Source: an uncultured cyanobacterium
GTDB taxonomy: Bacteria; Cyanobacteriota; Cyanobacteriia; Pseudanabaenales; Pseudanabaenaceae
Assembly (NCBI GenBank): GCA_963703315.1
Contig: OY969811.1
Coordinates: 4,064,001 to 4,128,000, forward strand
Direction: 5' to 3'
Length of the DNA: 64,000 bases
In this document: one piece after another, positions 32,141 to 41,920 of the stretch
Numbering within the stretch: position 1 is the first letter of the stretch
How the letters are laid out: every line of letters begins with the position of its first letter
The notes under the pieces: generated by a model
What the model was told of the DNA's origin: nothing
Database searches by the model: none
What the model saw: the letters and a program-made list of their open reading frames with translations, nothing else
Translations under genes and position numbers: made by a program

Positions 32141-33934
32141 TTAGCGGGTTGCCATCATTTCTAATTGATAGAGGCTGGCATATAAACCATTTTTAGCGAT
32201 TAGTTGCTCATGACTGCCAGATTCGACTACTTCGCCTTGCTTGAGTACGAGAATGCGATCTACATTACGGATCGTCGATAAACGGTGGGCGATGATAATC
32301 GTGGTACGACTGACTAAGAGGCGATCAAGAGCTTGTTGAATCAAAAACTCAGTACTGACATCGAGACTTGCCGTAGCTTCATCCAAAATTAAGATGCGCG
32401 GATCACGGATGGCGGCTCTGGCAAAGGCAAGTAACTGCTTTTGTCCACCAGAAAGATTTGTGCCGCGCTCACGGACTTGAGTGGCATATTGTTCTGGTAA
32501 CTCTTGGATAAAGCGATCGACATTCATTAATTCCGCCGCTTCAATGACCTGCTCGATCGCATAGTCTTCACCGAGGGTGATGTTGTCTTTAATGTCGCCA
32601 GAGAATAAAAAAGCATCCTGTAAAATCACGCCGACATAGCGCCGTAGCTCTGCTTGGGTAACCTCACGAATATCAATACCGTCGATTAAGATTCTGCCTT
32701 TAGTTGGCTCATACAAGCGAGATAACAGGCGAATGATCGAGCTTTTTCCCGCGCCCGTCGGTCCTACAAGGGCAATTCTTTCCCCTGCTCTTAAAGTGAA
32801 ATTTATATCTTTGAGGACGTACTCATCGGGCTTGTAGCCAAACCATACATGGTCAAAACAGATTTCACCAGTGCCATCAAGGGGTAAAGATTTGGGATGT
32901 TCAGGATCGCGAATTTCAATAGGTTCTTGCAGGATGACATTAATGCGTTCAACTGCCGTAAATCCTGCTTGAATCGTGGTGAATTTCTCGGCTAATTGGC
33001 GAATTGGATCGAACAGACGCTGTGAAAAGAGGACAAAAGCGGAAAGTTCACCAAAGGTAAGATTCTTCTGAACTATCTGACCGCCACCTAGCCACAGTAC
33101 TCCCGCGATCGCTACTAGGGCAGTCCATTCCAAGGTGGCAGAAACTGCTGATTCATGGAAAATAGTGCGATTTACTTCAACGGAGTATTGCTGATTAACC
33201 TTGAAGTGTTGCTCGGCATTAAACTTTTCGCGGCGAAATAATTGAACAATATTTGCACCCAGAATGTTTTCTTGCAAAATCGAATTGAGTTCGGAGAGGC
33301 GATCGCGAGCTTTGAAATTAGCTTTGCGATATTCGTATTGAAAATAAATAATGAGGGTGGTAACGGGAATTACCATCACTAAAAGTAAGAGAGCTAAATC
33401 CCAGCGCAGCAAAAACATGAATACAGCGATCGCCGCGATCGCTGCCAGATCGCTGAGTACACCAACTGCACCAGTGGCAAAAACATCACCTAATGCTTCG
33501 ACATCGCTAGTGAGGCGAGTAATTAATTTGCCGACGGGAGTGCGATCGAAAAAACTAGTTGATAAAGACGTAACGTGACGAAATAAATCTTGGCGAATAT
33601 TTGCCGTGATTTTTTGTCCGACCTCTTGCACCAAATAGCCCTGCCAAGCCTGAAACACAAGCCGTACTGTAATAGTCAGCAGTATGACTACGCAAATCCA
33701 GCGCAAACCAAATAAATCGCCGCTTTTAATTGGTCCATCGATCGCCTGCTGCACAAGGATAGGCTGCACAGCACTAGCGATTGATAAAGGCACAAGTAAC
33801 AGCAGTGATATCAGAAGTTGTTTAGAATTTTGCTTGGCATAGGGCAGTAAACTCAACAACAGTCGCCAATCATTACTCTTGAGACGATTTGCAGATTGAG
33901 AGTTGACAGAGCTAGCTTTGGTGGTGTTGATCAC
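32141..33934 (-). CDS. ABC exporter, fused permease/ATPase (start uncertain)
   Basis: Six-TM domain, GPTGAGKS, LSGGQKQ, ILILDEATA, IAHRLST. Confidence 0.93.
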   Translation of the reverse strand: MINTTKASSVNSQSANRLKSNDWRLLLSLLPYAKQNSKQLLISLLLLVPLSIASAVQPILVQQAIDGPIKSGDLFGLRWICVVILLTITVRLVFQAWQGYLVQEVGQKITANIRQDLFRHVTSLSTSFFDRTPVGKLITRLTSDVEALGDVFATGAVGVLSDLAAIAAIAVFMFLLRWDLALLLLVMVIPVTTLIIYFQYEYRKANFKARDRLSELNSILQENILGANIVQLFRREKFNAEQHFKVNQQYSVEVNRTIFHESAVSATLEWTALVAIAGVLWLGGGQIVQKNLTFGELSAFVLFSQRLFDPIRQLAEKFTTIQAGFTAVERINVILQEPIEIRDPEHPKSLPLDGTGEICFDHVWFGYKPDEYVLKDINFTLRAGERIALVGPTGAGKSSIIRLLSRLYEPTKGRILIDGIDIREVTQAELRRYVGVILQDAFLFSGDIKDNITLGEDYAIEQVIEAAELMNVDRFIQELPEQYATQVRERGTNLSGGQKQLLAFARAAIRDPRILILDEATASLDVSTEFLIQQALDRLLVSRTTIIIAHRLSTIRNVDRILVLKQGEVVESGSHEQLIAKNGLYASLYQLEMMATR

Positions 33935-34050
33935 TATTCGAGATCCCTATTACCGGGGTTACGAGATGGATCGCTGTTAAGGAAGCCAAACACAAACAAA
34001 CTGATGAAAAATATGACAGTGATGTATACCACTATTTTTAAAGTGAGCAT
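33934..34050 (-). CDS. psbI: Photosystem II reaction centre protein I (not in ORF track)
   Basis: Translates to [38 protein letters not shown]. Confidence 0.96.
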   Translation of the reverse strand: MLTLKIVVYITVIFFISLFVFGFLNSDPSRNPGNRDLE

Positions 34051-34171
34051 AAATAAATAATCTCCGTATAAATATCTAAGAATTTATCCTATGTTCAATC
34101 TTATAGGAAAAGATGGGAATTCCTTATACTTCCTGATAATGGCTATGTAAATTTGAGTATTTATACTTAAA

Positions 34172-34287
34172 TATAGAAATGTAAGTTTTGCTTAGGATAC
34201 AAAACCCAAGAAGAGAGTTGCGGAGCGGAGCGCCGCAACTCTCTTCTTGGGTTTTAGTTTGTACTAACCAACTATTGCTTTGCTATA
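34172..34287. mobile_element. TATAG-ended MITE-like element with central hairpin
   Basis: Core AAAACCCAAGAAGAGAGTTGCGG...CCGCAACTCTCTTCTTGGGTTTT; flanks AAGTTTTGCTTAGGA and TTTGTACTA..GCTTTGCTATA shared with 8934. Confidence 0.7.
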
Positions 34288-34297
34288 TACTATCTAT

Positions 34298-34981
34298 CTA
34301 GGCTTGAAATATTTGCCCTAAAAGTTGCGATCGCTCGATATATAAAGACATTTGACTAGCGATCGCCCGCAATAATTTTTCATCTAAAGATGAATAATCA
34401 AGGGTTACTTCATGGACATTTTGTGTCGTAATTGAAATATCTTGAACTTTACGATTTATTAACTGAAAAACACCAATCGTTCTTTTTTGAGAATCAAACA
34501 TGGGGACGGCTAAAACTGAACGGGTGTGGTATTCAATATCGTAGTCAAAGGTTTTGTGATGTCGGTATTCTGCATTATCTGGTAACTTGTGGACATCAGA
34601 TAAATTGAGAAATTCTCCAGTCATGGCAACATAGCCAACAATACTATCTTGATTGAGAGGTACGGCAAAATTGACTAAGGAGCGATCGGGTTGAGAATCG
34701 TTTTGCGAAACTTCAAAGCAAACTGTATGTACTGGTGCAGAGCGATCAATTAAATAAATACTTCCCGCATCACTATTAGTTATTTTCCGAGTAGTTGCTA
34801 GTGTTGATTCTAAAAAAGCTCGTAAGTCACTAGTACTAGACAAAGATATTGATAAGTCAAGCAGATCATTAAGTAAGCACTTGTAGTAATGCAGTTGCTC
34901 TAAGTGCTGAGGTGCTGAGGCGGACGAATCATTTGATGTATCTGGTTGCCAAACTAAATCAGGATTCATGGATATAGCCAA
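34298..34981 (-). CDS. Stand-alone GAF domain protein
   Basis: DAGSIYL, SIVGYVAMTGE, YHTRSVLAVPM, IGVFQLINRK. Confidence 0.85.
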   Translation of the reverse strand: MAISMNPDLVWQPDTSNDSSASAPQHLEQLHYYKCLLNDLLDLSISLSSTSDLRAFLESTLATTRKITNSDAGSIYLIDRSAPVHTVCFEVSQNDSQPDRSLVNFAVPLNQDSIVGYVAMTGEFLNLSDVHKLPDNAEYRHHKTFDYDIEYHTRSVLAVPMFDSQKRTIGVFQLINRKVQDISITTQNVHEVTLDYSSLDEKLLRAIASQMSLYIERSQLLGQIFQA

Positions 34982-35090
34982 TATCTTGGTAATGTCCTGC
35001 TTAGACCGTATAAAACTAGGTCTTAGTAGTTAGTCTCGGCAGTACAATCTATGCGAATAATACTAGCAAAATCACCTCAGAAAAATAATA

Positions 35091-35190
35091 ATACCAAGAA
35101 ACAAAATGGCTACGCCATTTTGTTTCTTGGTATAAAACCCCAAAGAGAGAGTGGCGGCGCTTTGCGCCGCCACTCTCTCTTTGGGGTTTT
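35091..35190. repeat. Two adjacent long hairpins between amt and the GAF gene
   Basis: ATACCAAGAAACAAAATGGC-TAC-GCCATTTTGTTTCTTGGTAT and AAAACCCCAAAGAGAGAGTGGCGGCGC-TTT-GCGCCGCCACTCTCTCTTTGGGGTTTT. Confidence 0.8.
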
Positions 35191-36673
35191 AGGTTATGCT
35201 GTAGCGCTCATTTGCTTCGTCTTCATCTTCATCAAGTTGCAGATCATCGATCGCATAGACATCTGGCCAAGCGGATGCACCATGTTCATAAACATCAATG
35301 CCAATGCGATCGGCTTCAGGATTGACTCGCAATAGACCAAAGGCTTTGAGTGAGCCAAACATCAAAAATGAGAATATAACGACAAAGATAATAATTACTA
35401 CTTCCCCTCCGAGTTGTACTCCCAGCAAATCAAAACCACCACCCAAGAATAAGCCAGCTTTTTTATTCATCGTTAATGCTGGATGTCCAAATAAACCAAC
35501 ACAGATGATGCCCATCATTCCGCACGCGCCATGTACGGCAAATGCACCGACAGGATCGTCAATTTCAAACCATTCAATAACATCTACAACAATCAGGACT
35601 AGGACACCAGCCACTGCCCCAATCAAGGCTGCTGCCCAAGGCATGACATAAGCACAACCTGCCGTAATTGCTACTAACCCTGCTAGCGATCCATTTAGAC
35701 CGCAGAATAAGTGCCACTGCCGAAAGCGAAAGTAAATATAGAGAAATGCGGTCATTGCGCCAGTTGCAGCCGCTAAAGTCGTATTTACAACAATCAATCC
35801 CGGTAGTCCGTGATTGCTGAGGGTCAGTGTCGAACCAGCATTAAATCCATACCAACCAAACCATAAAATCATCGTGCCAATTGTGGCAAACCCAAGATTA
35901 TGTGCTGGTGGAATTTGTCCCCATACGCGATCGGGACGAGGACCTAGTAGGTATGCGCCCACTAAAGCTGTCCATCCGCCTACTGTATGTACAGCCGCAT
36001 CGCCTGCAAAATCATGAAAGCCTAGTTTGTATAGCCAGCCGCCATTGTTCCAAACCCAATGGACGACTAGGGGATACATGATCGCTCCCATAATAAATGC
36101 GTAAATTAAGTCACCCTTAAAATTAGTCCGCTCAGCCATCGAGCCTGTGGTGATCGTACTCGCAGTTGCCGAAAAGGCGAACTGAAAGAAGAACAGAGTA
36201 AAAGTACTAACTGGTGCGGTGGAACCTCCTGCACCCATCGCATATTCGATCGCTCCATTACTGATCGTCAAAGCATTATTTAAAAGAAATCCATCGGTTC
36301 CAAAAAATCCGTTACTAGTTGTGCCAAAGGCGATCGCAAAACCTGTGATCCACCATGCTAAGAGCGTAACAGCCGCATCGATGAAGTTTTCCGCAAGTGT
36401 ATTGACCACCCCCGTCTGTCTAACTAGCCCTGCTTCCAGCATGGCAAAGCCACATTGCATAAAAAATACTAAAAACCCCGTAATTAGTACCCACCCTGTA
36501 TCAACGGATAATCGCAACTCGTTTGTCGTTTTGGTCAAGGACTCGAGCGTACCTGTTTCGATCGCTTGGACAATAGTTGGTGTAAATGCTGAAAATATCG
36601 CTGCCCCGATCGCGATCGCTAAAAAACGCGCCAAATGGTTCTTGTTTTTAGTGTTTGTCTTTGACATGATCAT
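35189..36673 (-). CDS. amt: Ammonium transporter (Amt family)
   Basis: FFMQCGFAMLEAG, FQFAF, AERT, DFAG..VH, WFGWYGFNAGS, DDPVGAFAVHG. Confidence 0.95.
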   Translation of the reverse strand: MIMSKTNTKNKNHLARFLAIAIGAAIFSAFTPTIVQAIETGTLESLTKTTNELRLSVDTGWVLITGFLVFFMQCGFAMLEAGLVRQTGVVNTLAENFIDAAVTLLAWWITGFAIAFGTTSNGFFGTDGFLLNNALTISNGAIEYAMGAGGSTAPVSTFTLFFFQFAFSATASTITTGSMAERTNFKGDLIYAFIMGAIMYPLVVHWVWNNGGWLYKLGFHDFAGDAAVHTVGGWTALVGAYLLGPRPDRVWGQIPPAHNLGFATIGTMILWFGWYGFNAGSTLTLSNHGLPGLIVVNTTLAAATGAMTAFLYIYFRFRQWHLFCGLNGSLAGLVAITAGCAYVMPWAAALIGAVAGVLVLIVVDVIEWFEIDDPVGAFAVHGACGMMGIICVGLFGHPALTMNKKAGLFLGGGFDLLGVQLGGEVVIIIFVVIFSFLMFGSLKAFGLLRVNPEADRIGIDVYEHGASAWPDVYAIDDLQLDEDEDEANERYSIT

Positions 36674-36839
36674 ATCTATATACTGTTATGGTCTTTGGGA
36701 TTAGTGATTAATCGCCGAACTCTTGGTCTTAAAGTTTGCAGATTGACTTGATGTAGGTCTCGCCCTGATTTCTTATACGTTTAAGGGAGACTCGCAAAAG
36801 TGTCGATTAGTACATTGATTCAGATGGTTTTTAACTTTG

Positions 36840-36926
36840 TATAGCTGTCGCCAGTTACAAAACCAGAAGCGAATTGCGCCGCAATTCGCTTCTGGAATTT
36901 GTCCTAATACAAATGACGACAGCTTA
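36840..36926. mobile_element. TATAGCTGTCG...CGACAGCT MITE-like element with central hairpin
   Basis: Terminal inverted repeat plus core CCAGAAGCGAATTGCG/CGCAATTCGCTTCTGG. Confidence 0.6.
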
Positions 36927-36934
36927 CAAAACTG

Positions 36935-36995
36935 TGTGATCGATGTCACAGTGAAAATGTTTAACGATCGCCAGCTTCCTGTGAGATTAGTCACC
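36935..36995. promoter_or_regulatory. Two CRP-type boxes (TGTGA-N6-TCACA at 36935-36950; TGTGA-N6-TCACC at 36980-36995)
   Basis: TGTGAtcgatgTCACA is a perfect core consensus; TGTGAgattagTCACC matches 9/10. Confidence 0.65.
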
Positions 36996-37159
36996 GCTAA
37001 AATCAGAAAAAAGCAAGATAATCTAACCACTAGCGACGTATCTACATAAATTCCCCCCGCATGATTGCCTCCTGCGGGTTTTTTATCGCTGTATTTGTAA
37101 AGAATTCGTTACACTGTTGAATAGCACAGTTAGCAGCGCTAAAAATAACGCAAAGAATT

Positions 37160-37936
37160 ATGCACTTAACATGGCTGGATAGCAATTCATGGCTGATTGA
37201 GATTGCAGGCAAGCGGATACTTCTTGATCCTTGGCTAGTTGGTTCGCTTACGTTTGGGAATGCGGATTGGTTCTTTAAATCTGAGCGAATTACTCCAAGA
37301 GAAATTCCGCAAAATATTGATTTAATCTTGCTATCTCAGGGTTTACCCGATCATGCTCATCCGCCTACACTTGAGCAGCTTGATCATCAAATTCCTGTAG
37401 TCGGTTCACCAAGTGCGTCCAAATTAGTAACACAGCTTGGCTATACCCAAGTTACTGCTTTAGCTCATGGTGAAGTATTTAGGATTCCGAACTTATTGGA
37501 AATCAGAGCGGTACTGGGTTCACTCATTGGTCCAAACACCTTTGAGAATGGCTATATTATCAAAGATTTGATGGAAGGAACTTCCATCTATTACGAACCG
37601 CATGGCTCTCATGCTGCCGCGATTCAAGAGTTTGCGCCTGTTGATGTGGTGATTACACCGACGATTGATCTCAAATTACCTGTAATTGGTGCGTTTATTA
37701 AAGGTCAACAAGCAGCCGTGCAGGTGGCTCAATGGTTGAATCCGCAAGTGATTATACCGACCGCAGCAGGTGGTGATTTGACCTTTAGTGGTGTTTTGCT
37801 GAAGATTTTGAAAGCAGAAGGAACTGCTGACTCCTTGCGATCGCAGTTTGCCGCTAATAATATTTCCACGCAAGTACTGGAACCTAAGCCTTGGGAACGT
37901 TTTGAAGTTAAGCTTCAGAAGTTAGCCGTCACATAA
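37160..37936 (+). CDS. MBL-fold metallo-hydrolase
   Basis: LTWLDSNSWL, ILLDPWL, SQGLPDHAH, YYEPHG. Confidence 0.88.
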   Translation: MHLTWLDSNSWLIEIAGKRILLDPWLVGSLTFGNADWFFKSERITPREIPQNIDLILLSQGLPDHAHPPTLEQLDHQIPVVGSPSASKLVTQLGYTQVTALAHGEVFRIPNLLEIRAVLGSLIGPNTFENGYIIKDLMEGTSIYYEPHGSHAAAIQEFAPVDVVITPTIDLKLPVIGAFIKGQQAAVQVAQWLNPQVIIPTAAGGDLTFSGVLLKILKAEGTADSLRSQFAANNISTQVLEPKPWERFEVKLQKLAVT

Positions 37937-37965
37937 AAAAGGGAGCGCTTAGCGCTCCCTTTTTT

Positions 37966-39855
37966 TTAGAATTTCACTGAGACTGGTTTCTTCTCAGGTA
38001 ATTGTGTGTATTCGGCGACGATTTTGCGAAACTCCTCGCCATCAAGGGTTTCGACATCAAGGAGAATATCCACGAGGCGATCGCACAAATCACGGTTTTC
38101 TTCGATCAAACGTTTTGCTGTTTCGTAACAGGTTTGAGCAATCTGACGAATTTGGCGATCAATGCGATCGCCTAGCTTTATAGAGTAATCACTCTGAGGC
38201 ATGAAGTTCCGTCCTAAAAAGACTTCACCACTTTCAGACTCTAAAGCACCCAAACCTAAGTCCGACATCCCAAATTGAGTCACCATTAGTCTGGTTAATC
38301 TGGCAACCTGTTGGAAATCGCCCGATGCGCCTGTGGTAATTTCGGCATCACCAAAAACCACCTCTTCAGCAGCACGTCCACCGAGCATCATCGTAATCGT
38401 ATCGAGAATCTGCGATCGCGACTCCAGACCATATTCCTCGTCAGGCACACCTTTAGCAAAGCCACCGATACCACCAGAGCGAGGCACGATCGTGATTTTG
38501 TCGAGGAGCGAGGCATTCTTGAGAAGGGTCATCACTAAGGCGTGACCAACTTCGTGATAGGCGACTAGACGCTTTTTGGAGCTATCGAGCATCGGCTTCA
38601 TGCTCAAGCCGATGGTAATGCGATCGATCGCATCGGCAATTTCTAATTCCCCGATCGCGTCTTTATAACGTCGGGCAGCTAAGATTGCTGCCTCATTGAG
38701 TAAGTTTGCCAAATCTGCCCCTGCAAATCCGGGAGTTAATCTTGCTACTGACTCAAGGGAAACATTTTCCTCAAGTTTCTTATTACGGGCATGGACTTTG
38801 AGAATTTCTTGACGACCTTTATAGTCGGGATAGTCTACGGTGATTTGGCGATCAAATCGACCGGGACGGAGTAAGGCACTATCTAGCACATCAGGACGAT
38901 TGGTTGCCGCAACGACAATTACGCCCGAATTACCTTGGAAGCCATCCATTTCGGTGAGCATCTGGTTGAGTGTTTGTTCGCGCTCATCATTACCACCACC
39001 GATACCAGCACCCCTTTGCCGACCGACAGCATCAATTTCATCGATGAAAATAATACAAGGGGCATTATCTTTAGCCTTTTGGAATAAATCGCGGACGCGG
39101 GAAGCACCTACGCCCACAAACATTTCTACAAATTCGGAGCCTGAGAGGGAGAAGAATGGAACTCCTGCCTCTCCTGCGATCGCCTTAGCCAAAAGTGTTT
39201 TCCCAGTTCCGGGAGGACCAATTAGCAATACGCCTTTGGGGATTTTTGCGCCAACCGCCGTAAAGCGATCGGGCTGTTTTAAGAAAGTGACGACTTCCTG
39301 CAATTCTTCCTTAGCTGTGTCAATCCCCGCCACATCATCAAACATAATCCCCGTTTTTGCTTCTGGGGAAAATCTGGCTTTAGTCTTACCAAAACTAAGG
39401 GTTTGTCCAGGACCACCAGGGGCATTGCTAATGCGGCGCAATACCATTAACAATATAAAAATTAAGAGTAGAGGTACAAAAAATGTACTTGCTAGTTGCC
39501 AAAGTAATGTTGGCTGTTGAGGCGCTCTTACCGCTATATCGACGTTGTTTTCGCGCAGAGCTTTCATTAATTCGCTATTGCCATCACGGGCAATCAGGTC
39601 AACCCTTACTTTGCGTCCATCTTTCAAGACCGCTTCAGCAGCTAGACCATTGCTTTCAAGATCGATTTTTTGGACTTTATTATCTTTGACACTCGAAAGT
39701 AGCTCCGTATAGCCCATCGGTGATGGACTGTCACCCTCAGCACCTGCCAACGTTGGTACTGTGAGTGTCACACTTTGCAATATTGCTAAACTTACGACCG
39801 TCGTTTTGACGCGCCGCCAAAAGGTTGCCAAAAAGGTTGTTGTTCCAGAAGACAT
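37966..39855 (-). CDS. ftsH: ATP-dependent zinc metalloprotease FtsH (likely ATG at 39855)
   Basis: [29 protein letters not shown], zinc motif HEVGH. Confidence 0.96.
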   Translation of the reverse strand: MSSGTTTFLATFWRRVKTTVVSLAILQSVTLTVPTLAGAEGDSPSPMGYTELLSSVKDNKVQKIDLESNGLAAEAVLKDGRKVRVDLIARDGNSELMKALRENNVDIAVRAPQQPTLLWQLASTFFVPLLLIFILLMVLRRISNAPGGPGQTLSFGKTKARFSPEAKTGIMFDDVAGIDTAKEELQEVVTFLKQPDRFTAVGAKIPKGVLLIGPPGTGKTLLAKAIAGEAGVPFFSLSGSEFVEMFVGVGASRVRDLFQKAKDNAPCIIFIDEIDAVGRQRGAGIGGGNDEREQTLNQMLTEMDGFQGNSGVIVVAATNRPDVLDSALLRPGRFDRQITVDYPDYKGRQEILKVHARNKKLEENVSLESVARLTPGFAGADLANLLNEAAILAARRYKDAIGELEIADAIDRITIGLSMKPMLDSSKKRLVAYHEVGHALVMTLLKNASLLDKITIVPRSGGIGGFAKGVPDEEYGLESRSQILDTITMMLGGRAAEEVVFGDAEITTGASGDFQQVARLTRLMVTQFGMSDLGLGALESESGEVFLGRNFMPQSDYSIKLGDRIDRQIRQIAQTCYETAKRLIEENRDLCDRLVDILLDVETLDGEEFRKIVAEYTQLPEKKPVSVKF

Positions 39856-40006
39856 CACTGCCTGTCGCTCCTTATAACCCCGTCGATGCGGTAATCGGTT
39901 GACTTTACTATTTACTAGTCTAGTGCATTCCCTCAAAACCTGTCACAGTAAAATACTTTGTGGTGCGGCTCAGCCGCACCACAAAGTATTTTACTGTGAG
40001 TCCCTA

Positions 40007-40399
40007 ATGAATTGGATTACTGCTCAGATCAAGTGGATTATGCTCGTTTCTGGGGTCTTAACTTGCACCCTGTTTTATGCAGCGATCGCCCCTCAAGCGG
40101 CACTGCGTTCTTTCTTTGGCGATGTTTTGGAGGGGCAACTTGCGGAAATTATTGTCCGTAACTGGGGTGCTTTGATCACGCTTGTGGGTGCAATTCAAAT
40201 TTATGGAGCATTTAGGGCAGCCAGTCGCACTTTGATTGTAGTGATTTCAAGTATTAGCAAATTGGTTTTTGTGAGTTTGGTTCTGGTTTATGGTAGGCAA
40301 TATCTGGATAAAGCAGGAATTGCGGTTGTAATTGATTTAGTCCTAGTTGGCTTATTTGTGGTTTATCTGATTGGCGATCGCCAAAAAATCAAAGATTAA
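40007..40399 (+). CDS. Small four-TM hypothetical membrane protein
   Basis: ATG at 40007 after a hairpin; hydrophobic helices, IIVRNWGALI. Confidence 0.7.
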   Translation: MNWITAQIKWIMLVSGVLTCTLFYAAIAPQAALRSFFGDVLEGQLAEIIVRNWGALITLVGAIQIYGAFRAASRTLIVVISSISKLVFVSLVLVYGRQYLDKAGIAVVIDLVLVGLFVVYLIGDRQKIKD

Positions 40400-40541
40400 G
40401 GCGGCACGAAGTGCCGCCTTAATTAATATGTTAAGAAGCGTAGCAATTATAGAGAAAGCTAGATTTACTTCATATTCTTTATAGTGCTATGAGACAATTA
40501 CACTAAAATACACGCAAGCAACGCTACGCATATTCATATCC

Positions 40542-41432
40542 ATGAACGCCACAACAAATATTCAGCCATTTTCTGCCGATGATTTTGCCAATGCTCTCGC
40601 CGAACATAATTACGAGTTTGCCGTTGGGCAAGTCGTCAAGGGCAAGGTCATCTCCATCGAAAGTAGTGGCATTTATGTCGATATTGGCGCTAAGTCTTTA
40701 GGTTTTCTTCCGATTGAAGAAGCAACGCTCAGTGGTTCCTCACGCTCTAATGATGCTTTCCCCATTGGCAATGAGTACGAATTTCTGATCATTAGTAGCC
40801 AGAATGCTGATGGCGAAGTAAAACTATCAGTGCGCCGTTTACTATTCAAACAAGCTTGGCAAACTTTGAAAGATTACCAAGCAGAGTCCACAGTTTTCGA
40901 GACTAAGGTGATTGGCACTAACAGTGGTGGTGTGATTGTCGATGCGGTGGGACTACGGGGTTTTGTACCGCGATCGCACCTCACTGATGCCACTGATCTT
41001 GCCAAATTGATTGGTAAAAAAATTCCTGTCCTTGTTTTAGATGCCGATGAAACTCGCAAAAAACTAGTGCTATCGAATCGTCAAGCGGCGAAATTAGCGG
41101 CGATCGGTCAATTGGCTAAGGGACAACTGATTACTGGCAAAGTGAGTAACATTCGTCCTTTTGGCGCATTTGTAGAATTTGCAGGAGTATCTGGCTTGCT
41201 GCATATCAAAGAAATGAGTCAAAAGCCCGTCAGCGATCCTACCCGCGTATTTCAAATTAATGACATCATCAAGGCGGTGGTCGTGGATATTGATGAGTCT
41301 CGCGATCGCATTGCCCTATCTACCAAAATCCTCGAACTGCACGCTGGTGAAATTCTCGACAATTCTGCCCAAGTCTTTGCGGAAGCTGAAGAGCGTCTTG
41401 AAAAAAATATCAGCAAGCTCTGGGAAGCATAA
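40542..41432 (+). CDS. S1 RNA-binding domain protein (cyanobacterial ribosomal S1 family, three S1 domains)
   Basis: VDIGAKSLGFLP, LRGFVPRSH, FGAFV..GVSGLLHI, RIALSTK. Confidence 0.9.
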   Translation: MNATTNIQPFSADDFANALAEHNYEFAVGQVVKGKVISIESSGIYVDIGAKSLGFLPIEEATLSGSSRSNDAFPIGNEYEFLIISSQNADGEVKLSVRRLLFKQAWQTLKDYQAESTVFETKVIGTNSGGVIVDAVGLRGFVPRSHLTDATDLAKLIGKKIPVLVLDADETRKKLVLSNRQAAKLAAIGQLAKGQLITGKVSNIRPFGAFVEFAGVSGLLHIKEMSQKPVSDPTRVFQINDIIKAVVVDIDESRDRIALSTKILELHAGEILDNSAQVFAEAEERLEKNISKLWEA

Positions 41433-41433
41433 T

Positions 41434-41535
41434 ACTAAAACTAAAAATGGCTATGCCATTTTTAGTTTTGAAAAACCTTACTGGGTTTGGTTTTTAATTC
41501 ACAAAAGTGTTGTCACACTTTCGTGAATTGGTATA
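41434..41535. repeat. Two-hairpin element with AAAACCTTACTGGGTTTGGTTTT core
   Basis: Hairpins AAAACTAAAAATGGC/GCCATTTTTAGTTTT and AATTCAC.AAAGTGT/ACACTTT..GTGAATT; same layout as 31530-31634. Confidence 0.6.
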
Positions 41536-41672
41536 ATCTCTAAAAAAGAAGGTGATGCTTTGCGTCACCTTCTTTTTTAGGTTTTTAATTTTTTCGTACA
41601 AGCAATCAAGTTTGAACTTAGAATATTAGCAGTCATCAAAATATTTAAAATAAGCCCTCAAAATCAAAATTT

Positions 41673-41792
41673 ATGGAAACTAATATTCTTGGTCTGCTCG
41701 GAACCCTTTTGGCTCTGTTCGTACCTACTGTCTTCTTGCTGACTCTCTATATCCAGACATCTAGTCGCGAAGAAGGTCAAAGCACCAAATAA
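41673..41792 (+). CDS. psbM: Photosystem II reaction centre protein M (not in ORF track)
   Basis: Translates to METNILGLLGTLLALFVPTVFLLTLYIQTSSREEGQSTK*; followed by a hairpin terminator. Confidence 0.93.
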   Translation: METNILGLLGTLLALFVPTVFLLTLYIQTSSREEGQSTK

Positions 41793-41920
41793 ATAAAACA
41801 AAAAGCGCAGCCATTTGGCTGCGCTTTTTGTTACTGGGTAAAATCATCGTATTGCTAAGATTTACTCCCGTTAGGCTATAAATAAATCATCAGAGCTAAA
41901 ATTTTTAAGATTTACCTAGC

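Noticed and set aside
35051..36704. Plus-strand ORFs opposite amt, and similar ones opposite ftsH, chlP and glyS
   Set aside because: Antisense shadow frames of well-supported genes.
36680..36830. Possible riboswitch (glutamine or c-di-AMP) upstream of amt
   Set aside because: I could not find the consensus motifs by eye; an Rfam scan would be needed.
37096..37113. NtcA site
   Set aside because: GTA and TAC are separated by 10 rather than 8 bases; reported instead as an unknown dyad.
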